Positions 28,488 through 38,221 of a DNA stretch of 64,000 nt are shown in pieces. The position numbers and the translations under genes are program-made. The stretch spans positions 1,166 to 65,165 of the forward strand of contig JBBKWJ010000175.1 of the NCBI GenBank assembly GCA_037968895.1, read 5' to 3'. This DNA comes from Acidimicrobiales bacterium (GTDB lineage Bacteria; Actinomycetota; Acidimicrobiia; Acidimicrobiales; SZUA-35). The notes under the pieces are model-generated. The model ran no database searches. It saw only the letters and a list, made by a program, of their open reading frames with translations, and was not told the origin of the DNA. Each line of letters opens with the position of its first letter. Position 1 is the first letter of the stretch.

Positions 28488-29516
28488 GTGACTGAAACTG
28501 GTGTAACTCCTGGCCTGGTGTGTGGACACCACCACCTCTACTCTGCACTCGCTCGGGGTATGCCTGCACCACCGGTTACGCCCGGTGGCTTCATCCAGAT
28601 TCTTGAGCAGGTGTGGTGGCGGCTTGACACGGCGCTCGACCTCGAGATGCTTCGGTGGTCGGCCATGCTCGGGGCAATGGAAGCGCTGAAGTCTGGCACC
28701 ACTGCGATCATTGATCATCACGAGTCGCCAAACGCAATTGAGGGTTCGCTCACTGTTATCGCCGAGGCGTGCGCCGAAGTGGGTGTTCGCGTCAACTGCG
28801 CATACGGCGTGACCGACCGGCATGGCGCCGATGGTGCCAGGGCGGGTCTCAAAGAGAACGAACGCTTCATTCGTGGCGGTGGACGAGGCATGGTTGGGCT
28901 TCACGCTGCGTTTACTTGCGAGAACAAGACCCTTGACGATGCAGTTGGTCTTGCTGACGATCTTGGGGTTGGCATCCATGTGCACGTCGCAGAAGGAATC
29001 GGCGATGCGGGCAGTGGAGCGGCGCTAGCCCGACGGGCCAAAGACAACTGGTTGCTCGTGCACGGTGTCAACCTTCCCGATGGCATCGTGACTGCGGGAA
29101 CGCTGGCGCACAATCCGCGTTCCAACATGAACAACTCAGTTGGCTATGCCCACCCAAACCGCTTTGATGTGCCAGTCATACTTGGCACCGATGGCATTGG
29201 CGCCGACATGCTCGATGAGTTTCGCCTTGCGTATGTCCGCCTTCGTGAGCTTGATGTGACCGCAACTCCAGACACGGTTTGGGCATGGCTTGAAAACGGC
29301 TGGAAGTTTTTCCCTGAGGCCAAAGACGACGTCGTGACGTGGAACTACCCAACCATGGAACCGTGGCACCTCGCGTTTACGACTGGCGTTCACCCGGTTG
29401 ACATCGTCGTCGACGGTGAGCACGTGCTTAAAGATGGCAAAACGACGCGCGTCGATGAAGCCGAGGTCAGGGCAAAGGCCGCCGAGCAGGCAGCCCGACT
29501 CCACGCCCTCCTTTAG
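28488..29516 (+). CDS. ssnA: SsnA-like amidohydrolase
   Basis: PGLVCGHHHLYSALARG, WWRLD, IDHHESP, GLHAAFT, HVHVAEG, HNPRSNMNNSVG, LGTDG; shorter than typical SsnA. Confidence 0.8.
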   Translation: MTETGVTPGLVCGHHHLYSALARGMPAPPVTPGGFIQILEQVWWRLDTALDLEMLRWSAMLGAMEALKSGTTAIIDHHESPNAIEGSLTVIAEACAEVGVRVNCAYGVTDRHGADGARAGLKENERFIRGGGRGMVGLHAAFTCENKTLDDAVGLADDLGVGIHVHVAEGIGDAGSGAALARRAKDNWLLVHGVNLPDGIVTAGTLAHNPRSNMNNSVGYAHPNRFDVPVILGTDGIGADMLDEFRLAYVRLRELDVTATPDTVWAWLENGWKFFPEAKDDVVTWNYPTMEPWHLAFTTGVHPVDIVVDGEHVLKDGKTTRVDEAEVRAKAAEQAARLHALL

Positions 29517-30643
29517 TGAACGGCTCGGGGCTTGCGGTTGAGACGGTGGGAACTTGCGACAAACTGCACCGTGAGGCCAGCGATCGTCATGCCGATCAAA
29601 CAGACGGCTCCGAGTAGGGCAAACGAGCCAGCTCCGGCCAGCGTGCCACCGATAATGGGTCCGGCGACCCGTCCCATCGCCATTGCGGCCTGAGCATCGC
29701 CCACTCGATCGGCCGGATGCACCGAGCGATCTTGAAGGATGAAGAAGGTCTCGGGAACTGACGTCCAGAACGCAAGACCCCAGATCCCGAGGATGACGAA
29801 GAACATCCACTCCTGGGTGGCCTGGGTCAACGAAAACGCACAGAATCCGGTCACAATCATCCATAGGCCGGGCATCCGTCGTCGGCCCGCAAACTTTGCG
29901 CCAGGAATACCAGCCAAGGCATTGAAACTCATTGCCAGTGATAGATGAACCCCTGACATGCCGGCATTCTCGCTAGCGAGCACGCTGGCGAAAATGAATG
30001 CGGCCGAGCCGCCGGCGGTGAATACTGCGAGCGCCGCCAATATTGGCTTCACGCCTGAGGCGGCAATGGGGTTTCGGATCTTGGGTAGCTTCACACTGAC
30101 CCTGAAGGTGAACGGAAGCGGTGCCAGAGCAAGCACACCCAGGAAAAGGTAGATGCCTTCGAGACCGGCGTAGTCGGCAGCGAGCGCGACGATAACGGAG
30201 GTGACGATTGCGGATGCCGGTCCGACTGCGGCCACCTCGCCCCGCCCTTTGGAGTCATCGGCTGTGTCGGTCCACGCAATCCATGTGATGAGGCCCATAG
30301 CGAAGCCAGCGACGAAACGAAGAGCGAGCAAACCAGGGTAGTTGGGTGCAAAGGCGCTCAGAAGATTGGCGGCCGCGATGACGAGCACGGTTTGTCGAGC
30401 GAGAGCGACCGTCGGTTTGAACACTCGTGAGCCGAGCAGGTTGGCGAGCGTAAAACCGAAAACCTGAACCGCTGACATCATCGCCGCAGCACCGCGGCCA
30501 ACTTCGAACTCCTCAATGATCTCTGCCACCACGAATGCTGACGCAGTAAACGTCGCCGCCACCACCGCGGCCGCAACGAGTACGCCCGGCGAAGCATTCG
30601 GTTTGAATGCGCTCGCCGCGCTGACCGGAATAGAAACACTCAT
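29513..30643 (-). CDS. MFS transporter
   Basis: About 12 hydrophobic segments; LRFVAGFAMG, GRVAGPIIGG. Confidence 0.8.
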   Translation of the reverse strand: MSVSIPVSAASAFKPNASPGVLVAAAVVAATFTASAFVVAEIIEEFEVGRGAAAMMSAVQVFGFTLANLLGSRVFKPTVALARQTVLVIAAANLLSAFAPNYPGLLALRFVAGFAMGLITWIAWTDTADDSKGRGEVAAVGPASAIVTSVIVALAADYAGLEGIYLFLGVLALAPLPFTFRVSVKLPKIRNPIAASGVKPILAALAVFTAGGSAAFIFASVLASENAGMSGVHLSLAMSFNALAGIPGAKFAGRRRMPGLWMIVTGFCAFSLTQATQEWMFFVILGIWGLAFWTSVPETFFILQDRSVHPADRVGDAQAAMAMGRVAGPIIGGTLAGAGSFALLGAVCLIGMTIAGLTVQFVASSHRLNRKPRAVH

Positions 30644-30724
30644 CGAGTGACACTCTCGCGGGTTGGGTTAGCCGCATGCAACTGAGCTGTGGAGAAGTTG
30701 CTAGGACAGGGGCATCCTAGTGGC

Positions 30725-31981
30725 GTGCAGCATTCTGATTCTCAACAAGACGAGGTCCGACGTAAGGACCTCGCACGGATGAAAACCGCCGCGACCGGCC
30801 TCCTCGTGGCCGTCGCCATCATCTTTGTTATTACTCGGGTGATTGAACAGAACCATCATTGGGTTGGCTACATAAGGGCCACCGCTGAAGCGGCGATGGT
30901 CGGAGCGCTGGCCGACTGGTTTGCTGTGACGGCTCTCTTCAAACACCCGCTCAACCTGCCGATACCCCACACCGCCATTATCCAGAAACGTAAAGACCAG
31001 ATCGGTGAAAGCCTCGGAGAATTCGTCAAAGACAACTTTCTGACTAGCGAAGTTGTCAGCGATCGCCTGGAAGACGCTGAGCTAGCGCTTCGCCTCGGCG
31101 AATGGCTTGAAGATCCTGGCCATGCCAAGAACGTCGGCGAGCAAAGTGCGGCAATCGTCCGAGGCCTCACCGAGGTGCTGCAAGACGACATGGTGCAAGG
31201 TGGTATCGACCAGGTCGTCACAAAGCGAGTGCAAGCGATTCCGGTTGCTCCCCTCGCTGGACGCGTCGTCGACGTTGCAATTGAGGGTCAGCATCACCAG
31301 GTGCTCATCGATTCGACTCTCGTCGGATTGGCCAAGTTCCTGAACGAGAACCGAGGACCGTTTCGCAAGCGCCTAAACCAAGAATCGCCGTGGTGGGTGC
31401 CAGAACAGGTCGATGATCGGATCTTTGAGAAGATCTATGACGCGCTCAACCGCTTCGTCGACGATGTTGGCGTCGATCGAACACACGAACTACGGGTGCA
31501 GCTCGACGCCAGGACGCGTGAGCTTGCAGAGCGGCTGAAGAGCTCGCCTGAGCTTCTAGTCAAGGGCGAAGAGCTCAAGGCCGAGTTGCTCGCCCATCCT
31601 GAGGTTCGGGCCTGGGTGGCGTCCCTATGGGATCGCATTAAGGTCGCCTTGATCGAGGCCACCGAAGACCCCAATTCCGACCTTCGACGCCAGCTCGACA
31701 ACGCGCTCGCCGACGCTGGTCGATCGCTACGGACCGACCCGGCAATGAGGGCCAAAGTTGACAAGTGGATTGTCGACGGGACGAGCTATATCGCCGAGCA
31801 GTTCAGGGGAGAGGTGGCAGGGCTCATAGCGACAACAGTTCAAAGCTGGGACACCCAAGAAACTGCAGATCGGCTGGAGCTTCAGGTTGGGCGCGATCTT
31901 CAGTTCATCCGAATCAACGGCACGATCGTCGGAGGACTCGCAGGACTCTTGATCTACACGCTCTCGGAGTTCTTGCTCTAA
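30725..31981 (+). CDS. DUF445 family membrane protein
   Basis: AEAAMVGALADWFAVTALFKHP, IPHTAII, GRDLQFIRINGTIVGG. Confidence 0.9.
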   Translation: MQHSDSQQDEVRRKDLARMKTAATGLLVAVAIIFVITRVIEQNHHWVGYIRATAEAAMVGALADWFAVTALFKHPLNLPIPHTAIIQKRKDQIGESLGEFVKDNFLTSEVVSDRLEDAELALRLGEWLEDPGHAKNVGEQSAAIVRGLTEVLQDDMVQGGIDQVVTKRVQAIPVAPLAGRVVDVAIEGQHHQVLIDSTLVGLAKFLNENRGPFRKRLNQESPWWVPEQVDDRIFEKIYDALNRFVDDVGVDRTHELRVQLDARTRELAERLKSSPELLVKGEELKAELLAHPEVRAWVASLWDRIKVALIEATEDPNSDLRRQLDNALADAGRSLRTDPAMRAKVDKWIVDGTSYIAEQFRGEVAGLIATTVQSWDTQETADRLELQVGRDLQFIRINGTIVGGLAGLLIYTLSEFLL

Positions 31982-32026
31982 CCATCTGAAGTTGCGTTTC
32001 GGAGCGATGCGGGCTTGCATTGCACG

Positions 32027-32674
32027 ATGCGTTTGCCTCCCGAACCGACGAGCAAAGTAATCCATGACCGCACGTACACCGTGCGGGCATATCGCGAGAG
32101 CGCCGACCGGATGAGGCTGCGGGGCATGGTTAATGACCAGAAGCCACCTTCGCTCTACTTCCCTGATGACCCAGAGCCGCTCGACGTACACCTGATGGTG
32201 GTCGACCTTGTCCTTGATTTTCCGTCGCTTGAGATCGTCGAAGCTGACGTTGTCATGGAGGTCACGCCACACACTGGGTGCACGAAGATCGAAGTCGAAT
32301 ATCAGAAACTGGTTGGCCTCTCGATCGCCAGGGGGTTTTCTCGAAAGGTCAAAGACCTTTTCGGTGGTCCGTCCGGCTGTACCCACATTGGCGCCTTGCT
32401 CCAGGCAATGGCTCCAGTGGCGATTCAGTCGATGTGGTCGATGCGAGCCCTGAACCCTGGCTCATCGGTCTCCATCAACAAGGAAGCTGATGTGGAGTCT
32501 CGTCGCAAGGCCATGTCATTCAACATCAACACCTGTCACATATGGGACGAAGAAGGCGACCTCACAAAGGCAGCACTCGCGGGAGAGCCGATCGAGGTTC
32601 CAGTGTGGGCGGTCGAACGATTGAAGAAACTGGGGCGCTCAACCAGCGAGTGGGGCGATAACAGCGGCGAGTAG
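32027..32674 (+). CDS. DUF2889 family protein
   Basis: IHDR, VHLM, GLSIARGF, GGPSGCTH, INTCH. Confidence 0.8.
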   Translation: MRLPPEPTSKVIHDRTYTVRAYRESADRMRLRGMVNDQKPPSLYFPDDPEPLDVHLMVVDLVLDFPSLEIVEADVVMEVTPHTGCTKIEVEYQKLVGLSIARGFSRKVKDLFGGPSGCTHIGALLQAMAPVAIQSMWSMRALNPGSSVSINKEADVESRRKAMSFNINTCHIWDEEGDLTKAALAGEPIEVPVWAVERLKKLGRSTSEWGDNSGE

Positions 32675-33559
32675 CGTATGGGGTTCACGGGGGAGTCGGT
32701 CGATATCGAATCGTTCGACAAGTTCCTTCGCCGTGAGTGTCTCGGTCGAATCGCACAGCCCGAGCGTCGAAGCTAAGAACGACACGACTTCGGTAGGAGT
32801 CTCACCGAGTTCACGTCTATCGGCCAGGGTCACCGCGCCGTCTCGCTTGGCCAGTCGCTCGCCGCTAGGGGCGAGTACAAGGGGCACGTGTAGGTACGCG
32901 GGAACGGTAAGTCCGAGCAAGCCAGCAAGATAGATGTGTCCAAACGTCGGCTCGATCAGATCATCTCCTCGCACGACCAGCTCGATGCCCTGGGCGACGT
33001 CGTCGACTACGACGGCAAGGTTGTAGGCGGGGAGACCGTCGTTGCGACGGAGGACAAAGTCGTCAACCCTTCCAGCGAGCTCGCCGTGGAGTAGGTCGGT
33101 GAAGCGCGTCGTGGCGCCGCCGGCTCGAAGCCGGATGGCGGGAGCCCGCCCCTTGGCAATCTGCTTGGCTTCTCCAGCCGCGCTGAGCGAACGACAAGTA
33201 CCGGGATACGGGATGGCCTGGCCGTGGGGAGCCTGAGTGGCCTCTCTGATATCGCGTCGGCTGCAGTAACAGGGATAGGTAAGCCCTTGGTCGACGAGCT
33301 CGGCTAGCGCCATTTCGTAGTGGTCAAGCCGCCCGGTTTGGCGAGCTACGGGTCCATCCCAGTCGAGCCCAAGCGCTGCGAGGTCCTCAAGTTGGCTGTC
33401 GTAGTACTCAGGTCGTACCCGGCTTTGCTCGAGATCTTCCATGCGAATTGCGAACGATGACTGGGTCGATCGAGCAGCCAACCAGGCGACAAGCGCGGTC
33501 CGGAGATTTCCGAGGTGAAGATCGCCGCTTGGGCTCGGCGCAAAACGTCCTGTAGGCAC
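32639..33559 (-). CDS. gluQ: Glutamyl-queuosine tRNA(Asp) synthetase
   Basis: RFAPSPSGDLHLGN, CYCSRR..YPGTC, YNLAVVVDD, VRGDDL, LAKR; ~300 aa with no anticodon domain. Confidence 0.92.
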   Translation of the reverse strand: MPTGRFAPSPSGDLHLGNLRTALVAWLAARSTQSSFAIRMEDLEQSRVRPEYYDSQLEDLAALGLDWDGPVARQTGRLDHYEMALAELVDQGLTYPCYCSRRDIREATQAPHGQAIPYPGTCRSLSAAGEAKQIAKGRAPAIRLRAGGATTRFTDLLHGELAGRVDDFVLRRNDGLPAYNLAVVVDDVAQGIELVVRGDDLIEPTFGHIYLAGLLGLTVPAYLHVPLVLAPSGERLAKRDGAVTLADRRELGETPTEVVSFLASTLGLCDSTETLTAKELVERFDIDRLPREPHTLLAAVIAPLAG

Positions 33560-33594
33560 AGCGCGTTATCGTAGTTCGGTCGTAGGATCCTTCG

Positions 33595-34896
33595 GTGCAG
33601 GTCGTCGAACAGGTTTCAGCCGAGGACGCAGTTCCTCATCCATCCCCAGGAGCAGCGGCCGCGGCCCTGCTCTTTGGCTTCAGCTTGCTGATGATCGGCA
33701 ATGGCCTCCAAGGCTCCCTCATCGGTATCCGTTCCGAGGCCGAGGGATTTGCGGGGCTGGCAACCACGCTCATCATCACGGCCTACTTTGCTGGCTTCTT
33801 GATAGGCGCGAAGCTCGCATCGCGGGCCTTGGGTAGCGTCGGCCACGTTCGAGTGTTCACTGCGCTTGCATCGCTCGCCTCGACCGCTGCACTGCTGCAC
33901 GCAACCTTCGTCAATCCAGGGGTGTGGATCGCAATGCGATTCTTAACCGGCGTGTGTATGGCCGGACTCTACGTTGTCGCCGAATCGTGGCTAAACGACA
34001 TAACGACTAACGCCACGCGGGGACGCCTCCTCGCCGCATACCAAATCGTGACAATGGGCGGATTCGCCGTCGGGCAGCTACTCCTCAACGTGAGGGACCC
34101 AAGAAACTTCATCTTGTTCGTCATAGCTTCGGTGCTGTGCTCCTTGGCCCTCGTTCCAATTGCCTTGTCGACCTCGGCGGCCCCGGCCCTACGAGTACCC
34201 GAACCGATGCCCCTCATCGAGATGGCGCGGCTCATTCCGACAGGACTTGTCTCTGCGATGCTCATCGGCGTTATCCAGGGAACGTTTATGGGCATGATGG
34301 CGGTCTACGCGTCTCGCTCCGGTCTAACGCCGGGTGAAATCTCGCGGTTCACGTTTGCGCCAATGATCGGAGCCGTTGTGTTCCAGTATCCGATCGGACA
34401 CTTGTCAGACTCGGTATCGAGGCGTGGCCTGATGCTGGCAATTTGCCTCGTCACGACCGGCTTGTCGCTGGCCTTGATGAATACCGAGACGAGTTCGTGG
34501 CTCGCCGTTGGCCTCATGTTCCTGCTTGGCGGAGCGATCTTCCCGCTCTACTCGCTTTCGTTGGCCTTCATGAACGACTGGGTGCCGGCCAACAAGATCG
34601 TTGGTGCGTCAGCCACCTTCGTACTCGCTGGCGGTATTGGCGCAGTGTGCGGCCCAATTCTCAGTGGAATTATCATGGGCACCTTCGGCACCAGGATGTA
34701 TTTTGTAGGGCTCATCGTGCCAAGCATGCTTCTCGCCGGGTACCTCGTGTGGCGGATCGTGGTCAAGGAAGGCAACTTGACTGAGAACAAGGGCCTGTGG
34801 GTGCCTGTCGCGTCGCGTGGGTCATCGATCATCGCGGCAGTGGTTTCAGCCCCTGGTCGGATCAAGCGACCGCCGAGCAATGGTGATAGCGACTAG
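33595..34896 (+). CDS. MFS transporter (YcaD-like)
   Basis: GNGLQ, VGHVRVF, ESWLN, RGRLL, QYPIGHLSD, FPLYSL; about 12 TM segments. Confidence 0.85.
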   Translation: MQVVEQVSAEDAVPHPSPGAAAAALLFGFSLLMIGNGLQGSLIGIRSEAEGFAGLATTLIITAYFAGFLIGAKLASRALGSVGHVRVFTALASLASTAALLHATFVNPGVWIAMRFLTGVCMAGLYVVAESWLNDITTNATRGRLLAAYQIVTMGGFAVGQLLLNVRDPRNFILFVIASVLCSLALVPIALSTSAAPALRVPEPMPLIEMARLIPTGLVSAMLIGVIQGTFMGMMAVYASRSGLTPGEISRFTFAPMIGAVVFQYPIGHLSDSVSRRGLMLAICLVTTGLSLALMNTETSSWLAVGLMFLLGGAIFPLYSLSLAFMNDWVPANKIVGASATFVLAGGIGAVCGPILSGIIMGTFGTRMYFVGLIVPSMLLAGYLVWRIVVKEGNLTENKGLWVPVASRGSSIIAAVVSAPGRIKRPPSNGDSD

Positions 34897-34899
34897 GGC

Positions 34900-35928
34900 C
34901 TAACCCTGAGCGCCAATCATCTCGATCCAGTGGTCGATCGCTTCCCATGCGAGATAGAGCATTTCTTCCTGGCCCGCTCCGGTACGCGGGATCTGATCAG
35001 AAGGAAGCACGACCCAGTTGATGTGAAGTGTTTTCGCTTGTGGAATAGCTGACCAAAGGTCGGCAATCGTTGCAATCTCGTCAATGCCGGTGTGAGCGAC
35101 GAACACCGCATCTGCCGTCGGGCACGCGGCCAGAGCCGCCTTGGTGCCAGCGGGTCGCGGGGGTAATACATTTCGAAGCTCGGTGGCTCGACGAGCAGCC
35201 AGTTCGTAGCCGCCTTCACGAAGGCGGTCGATCGCACGAAGCCGACGCTGTTCGCTGAAGTTGCCACCCTCAGGGAAGATCACGAACGCGTCGAGGTTGG
35301 TCATGTCAGCCGCAAGCTCAGAGATTGCGATGAGCGTGTCGTCGGATCTACTGGGGTTTGGGGTGATGAACCGATTCGGCAACCGGTTGAGCATGATGTC
35401 GAGCGCCGGGTCGAACTGGAGGAGGTCTTTCGCCACAATCCTGGGGCGGCGACCCCGCCACGACATTACCTGATGTAGCAGGAGGAGCGAATCGGCAGGG
35501 CCGGCATGGCGACTCATCACGATGAGGGGAACTTCGGTGGTGTGCTCGAGCCCGTCGTCTGAAGGCAGGTCAGGGCCATCGGCTGCGATCTCTAGCGAAA
35601 ACAGCCTACGAGCGGCCAGGACGAGCACTCGAACGGCCTGGCGTAGCATCCAGTAGTGGGCAGCAACGAAGCGTTCGGCCTTAAGTTTCCAGCCGAACCC
35701 GCTCACGATCCACAACGCCAGCGAGGCGACGACAATCGCCGCCTCTACGAATAGGTAGATCGTCGCGAGTCCGAGTATTCGAACGGCCCGAAGTTTTCCT
35801 GGCAGGCGGTAGGAGACGATCAATGCCGCAATGAGGAGGAGTGGCACGGTGGTTACATAGAAGAACACGGCCACAACTGGAATGGGCCAGAGCAGCAGTC
35901 GGCGAACCCAGCGGGGAGGTAGTTTCAT
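34900..35928 (-). CDS. Membrane-bound 1-acyl-sn-glycerol-3-phosphate acyltransferase family protein
   Basis: HAGPAD (HX4D), FPEG; N-terminal TM segments; ATGA overlap with patatin stop. Confidence 0.85.
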   Translation of the reverse strand: MKLPPRWVRRLLLWPIPVVAVFFYVTTVPLLLIAALIVSYRLPGKLRAVRILGLATIYLFVEAAIVVASLALWIVSGFGWKLKAERFVAAHYWMLRQAVRVLVLAARRLFSLEIAADGPDLPSDDGLEHTTEVPLIVMSRHAGPADSLLLLHQVMSWRGRRPRIVAKDLLQFDPALDIMLNRLPNRFITPNPSRSDDTLIAISELAADMTNLDAFVIFPEGGNFSEQRRLRAIDRLREGGYELAARRATELRNVLPPRPAGTKAALAACPTADAVFVAHTGIDEIATIADLWSAIPQAKTLHINWVVLPSDQIPRTGAGQEEMLYLAWEAIDHWIEMIGAQG

Positions 35929-36770
35929 TCGCAATTCGATTTGAGGTAGTCGGAGGTCGCCACGTATGAGCGAGCAATACGTTCTTCGACCCCGCCTTCT
36001 GCTTTTTCGCGGTATTGGCTTAGGTCATTAAATGCCTTTGGATCGCCAGTCGGTAGCACGTGCACCTCGACGCCATCGGGGAGCGACTGTAGGGCCTCGC
36101 TAAATCGATGGCGTCGGGAAATCTCGAACGAGATCATCGCTACCTCCCATGGCTTCGAGGGGGCGACGAGCGGTTCCTCGATCCGCCCAACCTGAAGCAC
36201 ATAGATCTTGTTCGCGCCACGATGCACTGCTCGGTCGAGAGGGATCGACGCGACGAGACCACCGTCAAGGAAGTGCTCGCCGTTTATCTCGACTGGGGGC
36301 AGCAGCCCGGGCACCGCGGATGATGCCAGAACCGCGTCGACTATTGAGCCCTCAGAGAAATACCTAGCCCTCGATTGTTCGATACTTGCGGCGACACACT
36401 CGAACGGCACCGCCAGATCCTCAAACCGCTGAACGGTTAGCGCATCGGTCAGGATTTTGCGCAGAGGCTCGTTGCTGTAGATATGAGTCTTCGTCTGAGC
36501 AAGCGTTCGAAGCTGGTCGAACACGGAGCCGCTGAAGATGCCAGCCCGGTTGAGCGAAGTCCAAAGATTCGTGAGGCGTTCGACCGTTGCGATTGTCGGA
36601 TCGGTAGCTACAACGGCACCGTTAACTGCGCCGATCGACGTGCCGATGATCATGTCTGGACTGACGCCATGCTCGAATAGGGCTTGGAGCATGCCGACCT
36701 GATGCGCTCCCAGATGCCCGCCGCCCCCGAGCACGAACGCTGTGGTATCCGAATCGGTTGGCGAGGTCAT
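35925..36770 (-). CDS. Patatin-like phospholipase
   Basis: GGGGHLG, GTSIG, ASSAVP, DGG. Confidence 0.92.
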   Translation of the reverse strand: MTSPTDSDTTAFVLGGGGHLGAHQVGMLQALFEHGVSPDMIIGTSIGAVNGAVVATDPTIATVERLTNLWTSLNRAGIFSGSVFDQLRTLAQTKTHIYSNEPLRKILTDALTVQRFEDLAVPFECVAASIEQSRARYFSEGSIVDAVLASSAVPGLLPPVEINGEHFLDGGLVASIPLDRAVHRGANKIYVLQVGRIEEPLVAPSKPWEVAMISFEISRRHRFSEALQSLPDGVEVHVLPTGDPKAFNDLSQYREKAEGGVEERIARSYVATSDYLKSNCE

Positions 36771-36806
36771 CGTCGAACTCTAACCATCGTGCCGTACCCA
36801 CCCGCC

Positions 36807-36841
36807 ACGAACGGTCCGGGGTCAGACCCCAGACCGTTCGT
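36807..36841. repeat. REP-like palindromic element, copy 1 (intergenic)
   Basis: acgaac-ggtccggg-gtcagac-cccagacc-gttcgt; 17-bp arms, one mismatch, 1-nt centre. Confidence 0.8.
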
Positions 36842-36884
36842 AGGTCGGGCCGCGACAGGCAGACGTCAGGTGCGGGCAACGTAG

Positions 36885-36911
36885 TTAACACAATGGAAAC
36901 AATCCGGAAAC
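36885..36911 (+). promoter_or_regulatory. GlnR-type binding site upstream of amt
   Basis: TTAAC-n6-GAAAC-n6-GAAAC, matching the actinobacterial GlnR a-site/b-site 11-bp periodicity. Confidence 0.8.
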
Positions 36912-36986
36912 ACCGGCGCAAGACCCACCCTGCATCCTGTTGCAGCGAACACACGCTTGTGCTCGTCTGCTTTGAAAGGCTGCTCG

Positions 36987-38201
36987 ATGGATTCTGGTTC
37001 AATCGCCTGGATATTGGTCTCTGGGGCCATGGTGCTCTTCATGGTTCCCGGACTCGCTCTGTTCTACGGCGGCATGGCGCGCAGCAAGAACATGCTCAAC
37101 ATGTTGATGATGAACATGGTTTGCCTCGGCATCGTGCCTGTCGTCTGGGTCATCGCTGGCTACTCGCTCTCGTCGGCTGAGACCTCGCATGGGTGGATCG
37201 GCAACTTTGATCACCTCTTCATGGCCGACATCACGGCGAATCAAGACGGCGGCGAAACCCTGCTTCTCGCCTTCTTCGCGCTGACCTTCGCATCGATCAC
37301 TCCCGCGTTGATCTCGGGGGCGGTGGCCGACCGGATGAAGTTCTCGGCGTGGGTCGCGTTCGTTCCAATCTGGCTCATGGTCGTCTTTGTGCCTGCGTGG
37401 GCCTGGGTGTTCGGCCCGAATGGATGGCTCAAGGCGCGTGGCAGCCTCGACTTTGCGGGCGGAACCGTCGTGCACGTCGCCGCTGGTGCCGCGGCCCTTG
37501 CCCTGGCCATCGTGCTTGGCCCTCGCCGGGGATGGAAGGTCGAGCCGATGCTTCCTCACAGCCTGCCGTTCACCATGCTGGGTGCTGGCATTCTCTGGTT
37601 CGGTTGGTTTGGGTTTAACGCAGGCTCCGCCCTGGCGGCCGACACTGTTGCGATCCAGGCATTCGTCAATACCTTCATCGCAGGTGCGGCCGGAATGTTG
37701 TCATGGCTCGTTGTTGAGCACTACAAGGACGGACACGCGACCACACTCGGTGGTGCGTCAGGAATCGTTGCCGGGCTCGTCGGAATCACGCCTGGTGCAG
37801 GATTCATGGGCGTGTGGGGAGCGATGATGGTCGGCCTCATCGTTGGCGCTGCATGCGCGCTCGCAGTTCGAATCAAATTCAGGTTTGGCTACGACGATGC
37901 ACTGGACGTCGTCGGAGTTCACTTTGTCGGCGGACTTATTGGCGGCATCCTGATCGGCTTCTTCGCTTCGCCGGACTCGCTTGGTGGTGCCGATTTCGAA
38001 GCTGGCCTCTTCGAGGGGGGCGGCATCGGACTGCTGCTTGAGCAGATCTTTGCCAACGGCGTTGTGATGGTGTTCGCATTTGTTGCGACCTTCGCCATAG
38101 CGAAGGGTCTCGATGCCACAATCGGTCTGCGAGTCGGCATTGACGAGGAGCGGGCTGGCCTCGACACCACGCAGCATGCGGAGACTGCATACAACAGCTA
38201 A
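36987..38201 (+). CDS. amtB: Ammonium transporter
   Basis: PGLALFYGG, ISGAVADRMKF, DFAGGTVVH, WFGWFGFNAGS, DDALDVVGVH; RBS GAAAGG. Confidence 0.95.
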   Translation: MDSGSIAWILVSGAMVLFMVPGLALFYGGMARSKNMLNMLMMNMVCLGIVPVVWVIAGYSLSSAETSHGWIGNFDHLFMADITANQDGGETLLLAFFALTFASITPALISGAVADRMKFSAWVAFVPIWLMVVFVPAWAWVFGPNGWLKARGSLDFAGGTVVHVAAGAAALALAIVLGPRRGWKVEPMLPHSLPFTMLGAGILWFGWFGFNAGSALAADTVAIQAFVNTFIAGAAGMLSWLVVEHYKDGHATTLGGASGIVAGLVGITPGAGFMGVWGAMMVGLIVGAACALAVRIKFRFGYDDALDVVGVHFVGGLIGGILIGFFASPDSLGGADFEAGLFEGGGIGLLLEQIFANGVVMVFAFVATFAIAKGLDATIGLRVGIDEERAGLDTTQHAETAYNS

Positions 38202-38221
38202 CGAGCCGCCATACTGGTTCG

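Noticed and set aside
2519-29516. Selenocysteine readthrough in the XDH or YgfK-like genes
   Set aside because: The ORFs are uninterrupted and their stops fall at expected domain ends or overlap the next start; any selenium use would be as a labile cofactor.
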